From NCBI GenBank assembly GCA_965612865.1, contig CBFDTJ010000038.1, positions 1 to 13,999 of the forward strand: a DNA stretch of 13,999 nt, written 5' to 3'. Below, in pieces: positions 7,217 to 13,999 of this stretch (position 1 is its first letter; every line of letters starts with the position of its first letter). The position numbers and the translations under genes were made by a program. This DNA comes from an uncultured bacterium. Lineage in GTDB: Bacteria > Caldisericota > Caldisericia > B22-G15. Below the pieces are notes generated by a model. The model was not told the DNA's origin and did no database searches. It was given only the letters and a program-made list of their open reading frames with translations.

Positions 7217-8788
7217 ATGAGAGTAGCAACAGTAGAAGAAATGAGAAATCTTGACAGAGAAGCAGTTGAAAGGTTTGGAATTCCTGAAGAAATGTTGATG
7301 GAAAATGCAGGAAACAGTGTTTATTATGTAATTTTAAAGGAGGTAGGGGTAAAGAACAAAAAATTTATTGTAGTATCTGGCACAGGAAACAATGGTGGTG
7401 ATGGATTTGTTGTGGCAAGAAAACTCTATTCTCAAGGTGGTCATGTAAAGGTCTTTGTATTTGGGAATATAGAAAAAATTAAGGGCGCATCTAAAAGAAA
7501 TCTTGAGATACTCAAGGGTATGAATTTGGACATTTCTTTTAACCAGGAAATTGAAGTTTTTAAAGATGCAGTTAGGAATTCTGATGTAATAGTGGATGCG
7601 CTTTTGGGAACAGGGATATCAAGAAAGATAACAGGTATCCTAAGGGATGTAATAGATATTATAAATAAAAGCGGAAAGGCCGTCGTTAGTGTGGATATTC
7701 CTTCTGGTGTCAATGGAGATACTGGAGAGATTATGGGAACATCTGTTAAAGCAAATTATACAGTAACTTTTGGTCTTCCAAAAGTTGGAAATATCTTTTA
7801 TCCAGGTTTTTATTTTAATGGAAAAGTCTTCTTATCACATATTTCCTTTCCTCCAGAACTTTACGAGAAAGAAACAATAAAGCTCTTTATAAATGAAATA
7901 CTTCTTCCGCCCAAAAGAAAGGAAGATGGTCATAAAGGGGATTTTGGAGATACTTTATTTATTGCCGGTTCGAAACTTTATTTTGGGGCTCCAGTTTTCT
8001 CCTCACTTTCTTTCTTGAAATCAGGGGGAGGATATTCAAGACTCGCTACAGTAAAATCTATAATTAACTCTGTCTCTCAACAAGCAAGCGAGGTTGTATT
8101 TATACCTCTTGATGAAACTGAGGAAGGTTCTTTATCTATAAAAAATCTGGATAAACTTATTAATATCTCCAAAAAGGTTGACTTTGTAGTGATTGGTCCA
8201 GGACTCTCCTTAAATCAGGAAACCCAGGAACTTGTGAGAAAGTTTGTAAAAGCGGTTGAAAAACCAATTCTTATTGATGGTGATGGATTGACTGCCATCT
8301 CCAAAAACTTAGAAATTTTATTGGAGAGAAAATGCCCTGTAATCTTAACTCCGCATCCAGGGGAAATGAGTAAACTTGTTTCTCTTCCAAAGGATGAAAT
8401 ATTGAAAGATAGGATTAAGATTTTAAGGGATTTTACCAAAAAATTTAACTCAATTATAGTTTTAAAAGGTGCCCATTCCTTAATAAGTTATCCAGACGGA
8501 AACATCTTTATAAATGTTTCTGGAAATTCTGGAATGGCAACACCTGGATCTGGAGATGTTCTCTCGGGAATTATTCCTGCAATGTATGGGATTGGATTTA
8601 ATATAGAGGAAGCTGTAAGAATGGGTGTTTTTGTTCATGGATTTTCTGGTGATCTTGCAAGAGAAACTATTGGAGAGGACGGAATTACTGCAAGAGATAT
8701 AATGAATCATATTCCTGAAGCAATGAAAAGATTAAGAGATGATTTTTTATCTGTAAAGGAGAAATACAAACTTATAAATTTCATTTAA
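7217..8788 (+). CDS. nnr: Bifunctional NAD(P)H-hydrate epimerase / ADP-dependent dehydratase (NnrE-NnrD, YjeF), 523 aa
   Basis: YjeF_N motifs LMENAG, GTGNNGGDG, DALLGTG, SVDIPSG; dehydratase motifs GHKGDFG, GPGL, DGDGL, TPHPGE, LKGA, GMATPGSGDVLSG. Start reassigned to ATG 7217, which follows SD GAGGTG. Confidence 0.97.
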   Translation: MRVATVEEMRNLDREAVERFGIPEEMLMENAGNSVYYVILKEVGVKNKKFIVVSGTGNNGGDGFVVARKLYSQGGHVKVFVFGNIEKIKGASKRNLEILKGMNLDISFNQEIEVFKDAVRNSDVIVDALLGTGISRKITGILRDVIDIINKSGKAVVSVDIPSGVNGDTGEIMGTSVKANYTVTFGLPKVGNIFYPGFYFNGKVFLSHISFPPELYEKETIKLFINEILLPPKRKEDGHKGDFGDTLFIAGSKLYFGAPVFSSLSFLKSGGGYSRLATVKSIINSVSQQASEVVFIPLDETEEGSLSIKNLDKLINISKKVDFVVIGPGLSLNQETQELVRKFVKAVEKPILIDGDGLTAISKNLEILLERKCPVILTPHPGEMSKLVSLPKDEILKDRIKILRDFTKKFNSIIVLKGAHSLISYPDGNIFINVSGNSGMATPGSGDVLSGIIPAMYGIGFNIEEAVRMGVFVHGFSGDLARETIGEDGITARDIMNHIPEAMKRLRDDFLSVKEKYKLINFI

Positions 8789-8819
8789 GCTCAACCTACA
8801 AGGAATTCTAAAATAAAAA

Positions 8820-8895
8820 TTGGGTGCGGATGGTCGCTATTTTCTTTTTTCCTCTATTTACCCTAAGGTCGGGCTCCCCTCGACCCCGCACCCAA
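8820..8895 (-). ncRNA. Candidate structured small RNA (or unusual bidirectional terminator) between convergent genes
   Basis: TTGGGTGCGG (8820-8829) is the perfect reverse complement of CCGCACCCAA (8886-8895), extended by GGTCG/CGACC; a minus-strand promoter lies directly upstream and a U-rich tract downstream. I recognise no RNA family. Confidence 0.5.
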
Positions 8896-8899
8896 GTAT

Positions 8900-8927
8900 A
8901 TTATAACAAATTCCAGCACCTATTCAA
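8900..8927 (-). promoter_or_regulatory. Extended -10 promoter pointing into the 8820-8895 element
   Basis: Minus strand TGtTATAAT (8908-8900), with TTGAAT (8927-8922) 16 nt upstream of the -10 hexamer; predicted +1 near G at 8893. Confidence 0.6.
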
Positions 8928-11900
8928 ATCTAAATCCTTTTTTAAAAAGTCTAATACAAGCTTCAACTACCTTAGGATCATACAGTATTCCTTTGTTCTT
9001 CTTTATCTCCTCAAGAGCTTTATCTATACTAAAGGCAGGCCTGTAAGGCCTATTGGATGTCATAGCTTCAAGAGTATCAGCAACTCTAATTATCCTGGCT
9101 TCCAAAAGAATTTCATCTCCTTTAAGTCCCTCTGGATAACCAGAACCATCAATATTCTCGTGATGTTCAAGGACTATTTGAGCTACAAAGTGCAGAAATT
9201 CAATGTTCTTTAAGAGATCGTATCCAACCTTTGGATGCATTTTTATAAATTCCCATTCTATTCTTGATAGATTCCCCGGTTTATGTAGAATTTCATTGGG
9301 AATAACGATCTTTCCTATATCATGAACAAGAGAGGCAACCCTTATAACTTCAATTTTTTCCTTACTCAACCTCATTTCCTTGGCAATCTCTGTGGCAATT
9401 TTTGTCACTCTCTTTTGATGTCCAGCAGTGTAAGGGTCCTTTGTTTCAACAATTCTTCCAAGGATGGCTATTGTATCATTAAATGCCCTTTTTAATCTCT
9501 CATGACTTTTCTTAAGCTCTTTTTCTTTCTCCTCTTTTAGTTTCTCAAGATATTTCTCCTTGGTAACATCTCTTGCACTTCCAACAGTTCCAATAAGATT
9601 TCCATTCTCATCCCAGAGTGGAGCTTTATACACATCAAGGTGGAGGTATTTTCCCTTTACATAACCAAACTCATCAAACCTTCCCGGTTTCTTTGTCTTA
9701 AGAACAACTTCATCTGAATTAACACAGAGTTCTCCAAAAGTGTGCCATTTTGGATTATCAGGATGACTCTTTCTCTCCCTATCTGCAAAGTAGAGGTCAG
9801 TTTTCCCAATGGGCTCCTCTGTACTCTTCGCATTCAAAAGTTTCTCACATATAGATTTGTTTACAAATATGTATCTACCTTCCAAATCCTTAGCCCATAT
9901 CATATCTTGAACATTGTCTGCCAAAAGTCTGAACAATCTATACATCTCTCTATATCTCTTTTCCTCTTTTTTAAGTTCTTCAAAAGCCCTTGCCCTCTCA
10001 ATAATTACACTACACATGTTCACAAATGGTATAAGTTTCTCAACGTCTTCCTTTGAGAATTGATTTATCCTATCCCCATCAATTTTCAAAAAACCTATAA
10101 CTTTATCTTTAACTATTATTGGAATGGATATATGTGATTTGATCCACTCAGTTTCCTTGTATGTTATCCAGTCAGGATGTCTTGATGTATCAGAAATAAT
10201 AAGGGGTTTCTTTGTTTCAATAACTTTCTCATCAGTTGGATACATATCTATAGGTATTCTTAGATTTGAAACGAATTTTTCTATACCATATTTTTCATAA
10301 CCTGTTGAAGCAATAACAACTATTTCATCATCTTCAATCAAAGATACATTGCCTGATACAAAAGGAACAAGTCTCTTTGCCTGAATAAGCATTTCATTGA
10401 GTAGTTCTTTCAAATCTGTTTTGGTTGTAAGTTTTAAAGCTGCATCCTTTAATGTATCTGAGAATGTTTTCTCTTCCTTAAGCTCCTTCAATAACCTCTC
10501 CCTTTCAATCTCCTCTTCTTTCTTTGATGATATATCCTCTATAGTTGCAACTTCAAATAGAAAGTTTCCTTTTTCATCAAAGGCTGGAGATACTATAACC
10601 TTTGCCCAGAATACACTACCATCTTTTCTTATAAGGCGTTTCTCACTAACAAAGGTTTTAAATGTCTTTCCATCCTTAACCTCTTTAAGGTATTTTTGGT
10701 ATAAAAGGGTATCTCTCTTAAGATCTTCTGGATGAGTAATATCCATCCATGTCTTCTTTCCAACAACCTCCTCTCTCTTGTATCCAAGCATTCTCTCCCA
10801 TTGAGGATTAACATCAAGAAACACTCCCCTCTTATCTGTTAAATTTATTCCCAAAGGTGTTGCCTCAAAAAGGTTCCTGAATTTTTTAAAACTAAATTTT
10901 AACTCTTCTTCTAACCTCTTCTTATCGGTAATATCCTCTATCATCAGTATGAGATATTCAACTTCAGTTTCTTCATATGAATTTAATATGGGTGAAATGT
11001 AAACATTTAAAAATATCTTCTCTCCTTTTCTCTCTATGTATGTTTCACATTTAAGATTTTCATTATTCTTCAATTTGCTAAAATCAATGGAATGAGAATC
11101 AATCTTATTACATGGAAATACATTAGTTATATTTTTATTTATCAGATTCTCCCTCTTAAAATCTGTAATCTTGAGGAATCTTTGGTTTACATTCAATATT
11201 TCTCCATCTTTATCTATTAAGGCAATTCCAAGGGGAGAATTTTCAAAGATTGTCCTATATCTTACCTCTCCCCTCATCAATCTATCCTTCTCCTCAATCC
11301 ACCTCTCCATGAGTTTCTCATTGAAGTATCTAATGGTGTTGGGACCGAGTTCTTTTGCTGTATACATGGCTATATCTGCCTTCTTTAAGAGAGTATCTAA
11401 ATCTTCAGCATCATCGGGGAATATAGTTACACCAACATTCACTCCCACTCTAAACTCCATCGTTTCATATTTTATAGGTTCGTTGAAAGAATCTATGATT
11501 CTCAACACAATTCTATTAAGATCACCATTTTTCTTAATATCTGTTAATAAAATTACAAACTCATCTCCCCCAAGCCTAAATATAATGTCAGATTTTCTAA
11601 ATATATCTGTGAGTTTTCTTGCCACTTCCTTCAACAGGATGTCTCCAACATCATGACCAAATCTATCATTTATATCTTTAAAGTTGTATAAATCTATAAG
11701 AAGCAGGGCTAATTTTTTCCTCTCCCTCTTTGCCCTTGCAGATTCTAAATCAAACATGTATTTCAATAGATTTCTGTTTGCAAGACCTGTGAGAGTATCA
11801 TGAGTAGCTTTATACTTTATATCCTCCTCCATCCTTTTTCTCTCTGATATGTCCTGATATATAACCACCACACCTTTCGTCTTAACCCCCACTTTCACAG

Positions 11901-12231
11901 GACTTGCTGAGATACTCACATGAATTAATTTTCCATCCTTTCTCTTTCTTACAGTTTCATAGGTTAAATAGGGTTCTTTAAGAGATTTCTTTGTGAGTCT
12001 CCTTCCCTCTTCAATAAGATAGTCTGGATGGAGGAATCCTTCATCTATATTCTTTCCCTTAATCTCTTCAAGGGTATAACCAAACAACTCTGTAAATTTT
12101 GGGTTTATATCTATAATTCTACCTTTATCATCTAAATACACCACTGCTTCAGGAAGACTGTAGAAAAGGGTTTTAAACTTCTCCTCACTTTCCCTCTTTT
12201 GATTAACATTTGAATTAGATTTATCTTTCAT
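8920..12231 (-). CDS. Multi-sensor c-di-GMP enzyme: PAS - GGDEF - PAS - PAS - GAF - PAS - HD-GYP (1103 aa)
   Basis: HDTLTGLANR, FKDINDRFGHDVGD, RKSD-IIFRL-GGDEF (GGDEF at 11571-11557); PAS/PAC ends QDIS, EDIT, EDIS, RDVT; GAF SHISIPIIVKDKVIGFL...F; HD-GYP motifs KDPYTAGH, HDIGK, HHENIDGSGYP, RPYR. No transmembrane segment evident. Confidence 0.95.
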   Translation of the reverse strand: MKDKSNSNVNQKRESEEKFKTLFYSLPEAVVYLDDKGRIIDINPKFTELFGYTLEEIKGKNIDEGFLHPDYLIEEGRRLTKKSLKEPYLTYETVRKRKDGKLIHVSISASPVKVGVKTKGVVVIYQDISERKRMEEDIKYKATHDTLTGLANRNLLKYMFDLESARAKRERKKLALLLIDLYNFKDINDRFGHDVGDILLKEVARKLTDIFRKSDIIFRLGGDEFVILLTDIKKNGDLNRIVLRIIDSFNEPIKYETMEFRVGVNVGVTIFPDDAEDLDTLLKKADIAMYTAKELGPNTIRYFNEKLMERWIEEKDRLMRGEVRYRTIFENSPLGIALIDKDGEILNVNQRFLKITDFKRENLINKNITNVFPCNKIDSHSIDFSKLKNNENLKCETYIERKGEKIFLNVYISPILNSYEETEVEYLILMIEDITDKKRLEEELKFSFKKFRNLFEATPLGINLTDKRGVFLDVNPQWERMLGYKREEVVGKKTWMDITHPEDLKRDTLLYQKYLKEVKDGKTFKTFVSEKRLIRKDGSVFWAKVIVSPAFDEKGNFLFEVATIEDISSKKEEEIERERLLKELKEEKTFSDTLKDAALKLTTKTDLKELLNEMLIQAKRLVPFVSGNVSLIEDDEIVVIASTGYEKYGIEKFVSNLRIPIDMYPTDEKVIETKKPLIISDTSRHPDWITYKETEWIKSHISIPIIVKDKVIGFLKIDGDRINQFSKEDVEKLIPFVNMCSVIIERARAFEELKKEEKRYREMYRLFRLLADNVQDMIWAKDLEGRYIFVNKSICEKLLNAKSTEEPIGKTDLYFADRERKSHPDNPKWHTFGELCVNSDEVVLKTKKPGRFDEFGYVKGKYLHLDVYKAPLWDENGNLIGTVGSARDVTKEKYLEKLKEEKEKELKKSHERLKRAFNDTIAILGRIVETKDPYTAGHQKRVTKIATEIAKEMRLSKEKIEVIRVASLVHDIGKIVIPNEILHKPGNLSRIEWEFIKMHPKVGYDLLKNIEFLHFVAQIVLEHHENIDGSGYPEGLKGDEILLEARIIRVADTLEAMTSNRPYRPAFSIDKALEEIKKNKGILYDPKVVEACIRLFKKGFRFE

Positions 12232-12239
12232 TTATTAAA

Positions 12240-12268
12240 ATTTTAAAATTTTTTAAGTGAAATTTCAA
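12240..12268 (-). promoter_or_regulatory. Sigma70-type promoter of the GGDEF/HD-GYP gene (probably leaderless transcript)
   Basis: Minus strand TTGAAA (12268-12263), 17-nt spacer, TAAAAT (12245-12240), 8 nt, then ATG; no SD. Confidence 0.6.
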
Positions 12269-12274
12269 CACATT

Positions 12275-12323
12275 TTTACCTTTAAAAAGTTTTTGCTATT
12301 ATTTAATTGACGGTCAAAGGAGG
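12275..12323 (+). promoter_or_regulatory. Promoter, palindrome and RBS upstream of PEPCK
   Basis: TTTACC (12275-12280), extended -10 TGcTATTAT (12294-12302), palindrome TTGAC-G-GTCAA (12307-12317), SD AAGGAGG (12317-12323). Confidence 0.55.
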
Positions 12324-12330
12324 ATAAATT

Positions 12331-13928
12331 ATGGGAGACGATATTTTATCATCTATAAGAGGTAGGCTGGGGGAGGAAAATTACAAGAAGCTAAGGAAAA
12401 TAAAAAACAAGAAACTCTATGATTTTGTGGTAACCTATATCGAATTAATGAATCCGAGTAGCATATTTGTCTGTTCAGACTCAGAATTAGACAGAGACTA
12501 CATAAGAAAAAGGGCAATAGAACGAAATGAAGAAATTCCTCTAAAGATTCCCGGACACACTTTACACTTTGACGGTTACTATGATCAGGCAAGGGACAAG
12601 AAAAACACAAAGTTCCTTGTGAGTAAGGGTGTAGATCTTGGTCCAAATATAAATCAAATTGATAGAGAAGCAGGAGAAGAAGAAATTCATGAAATTATGA
12701 AGAACATAATGAAAGGTCATGAGATGTATATTCTCTTTCTTTCTCTTGGTCCAACAAATTCAAAGTTTACAGTTCCATGTGTCCAAATAACAGACTCTCC
12801 CTATGTGGCACACAGCGAGCAGATTCTTTATAGAACAGCATATGAGGAGTTTGTAAAACTTGGTGAAGAATCAGATTTTTTTAGATTTGTTCATTCAGAG
12901 GGAGAACTTGATGAGAACTTTGTGAGTAAAAATATAGAGAAGAGAAGAATATACATTGATACAGAGGAGAATATAGTTTATAGCGCAAACACTCAATATG
13001 GTGGAAATACAATTGGACTTAAAAAACCAGCTTTTAGATTAGCCATAAACAAAGGTGCAAATGAAGGATGGCTTACAGAACACATGTTTGTTATGGGAGT
13101 GAGTGGTCCAGGTGGTAGAATTACCTATCTTCTTGGTGCCTATCCCTCAATGTGTGGAAAAACATCAACTGCAATGGTCGTTGGTGAAAGAATTGTTGGA
13201 GATGACATTGCAATGATAAGAAATATAGAGGGAGAGGGAAGAGCGGTAAATACTGAAAAAGGCATATTTGGAATAATAGGTGGGATAAATGAAAAAACAA
13301 ATCCAATTCTGTGGAAGGCATTAAATTCACCAGGAGAAATAATATTTTCAAACGTTTTACTTACTGAAGATGGAGATGTCTTCTGGAATGGAAAGGACGA
13401 AAAAATTCCAGAGAGAGGAAAAAATCATTCAGGAAAGTGGTTTTTGGGTAAAAGGGATAAGGATGGCAATGAAATACCTCCTTCTCACAAAAACGCAAGA
13501 TGTACATTGGAATTATCTCTCCTTGAAAATCTTGACCCAAGATACAACGACCCCAATGGTATACCTGTGGGAGGAATTATATATGGTGGAAGAGACCCTG
13601 ATACAAGCGTTCCTGTGGAAGAAAGCTTTGATTGGGTTCATGGAATAATAACAAAGGGCGCTTCTCTTGAATCTGAAACTACAGCAGCAACTCTTGGAAA
13701 AGAAGGGGTCAGGAAGTTCCAGCCTATGGCAATTCTTGATTTTCTCTCAATCCCTATAGGAAGATACATAGAACATAATCTAAATTTTGGTAAGAATCTA
13801 AAGAAAAAACCAAAAATCTTTGGTGTAAATTACTTTCTTAGAGATAAAGAGGGAAATTGTCTTAACGACATTCTGGATAAAAAGGTGTGGTTAAAATGGA
13901 TGGAGTTAAGAATCCATAATGATGCTTC
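12331..13928 (+). CDS. pckG: Phosphoenolpyruvate carboxykinase (GTP), 3'-truncated; absent from the ORF track because the frame has no stop in the window
   Basis: Manual translation from ATG 12331 (MGDDILSSIRG...) stays open for 532 codons: DQAR, QITDSPYV, QYGGNTIGLKK, GWLTEHM, GAYPSMCGKTS (kinase-1a), IVGDDIA (kinase-2), SHKNAR, IIYGGR, SETTAA, FGVNYF. Confidence 0.96.
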
Positions 13929-13999
13929 CTGTCTCTTATACACATCTGACGCTGCCGACGAAGGCTTAGGTGTAGATCTCGGTGGTCGCCGTATCATTA
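13929..13999 (-). other. Illumina Nextera P5-side adapter: mosaic end, Read-1 primer site, i5 index and P5 (technical artefact)
   Basis: CTGTCTCTTATACACATCT (13929-13947), GACGCTGCCGACGA (13948-13961), AGGCTTAG (13962-13969; reverse complement CTAAGCCT, matches index 508 as I recall it), GTGTAGATCTCGGTGGTCGCCGTATCATT (13970-13998). Confidence 0.99.

Noticed and set aside
8820..8895. tRNA, SRP RNA, Y RNA or CRISPR repeat identity for the intergenic structure
   Set aside because: No cloverleaf or T-loop, no SRP GGAA/AGCAG domain, no Ro gene nearby, and only one copy in the window.
8824..11656. Plus-strand ORFs 8824-9213, 9742-10056, 10397-10735 and 11171-11656
   Set aside because: Antisense to the GGDEF/HD-GYP gene and without recognisable motifs.
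12237..12252. 16-bp palindrome AAAATTTTAAAATTTT
   Set aside because: Low-complexity A/T sequence, expected by chance in an AT-rich promoter region.
12353..13648. ORFs 12353-12646 (-), 13121-13351 (-) and 13370-13648 (+)
   Set aside because: All lie within the PEPCK coding frame.
13858..13860. Cys (TGT) at a PEPCK position that is usually a guanine-pocket Phe
   Set aside because: One base from TTT and close to the contig end, so it cannot be told from a consensus error without reads.
41..13947. Whole insert as a composite transposon bounded by 19-bp inverted repeats
   Set aside because: The repeats are synthetic Tn5 mosaic ends joined to Illumina primer and index sequence; there is no transposase and they interrupt genes.

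Overview
AT-rich prokaryotic DNA, most likely bacterial given the sigma70-type -35/-10 boxes and GGAGG ribosome-binding sites; the taxon cannot be assigned from sequence alone. Both ends are untrimmed Illumina Nextera adapter (1-59 and 13929-13999), so the biological insert is about 60-13928 and both terminal genes are truncated. Left to right: a partial NCS2 nucleobase permease (-); a six-gene, tightly coupled (-) operon mre11/sbcD - nurA - herA - Rad50 N-half - small coiled-coil protein - Rad50 C-half; a fused NAD(P)HX epimerase/dehydratase (+); a GC-rich structured intergenic element with its own promoter (candidate sRNA); a 1103-aa PAS-GGDEF-PAS-PAS-GAF-PAS-HD-GYP protein (-); and a partial GTP-dependent PEP carboxykinase (+) that the ORF track missed. 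The most interesting items are the archaeal-type DNA end-resection operon, whose Rad50 appears split into three polypeptides with coiled-coil lengths that add up to a complete arm, and the candidate two-state sRNA at 8820-8895.
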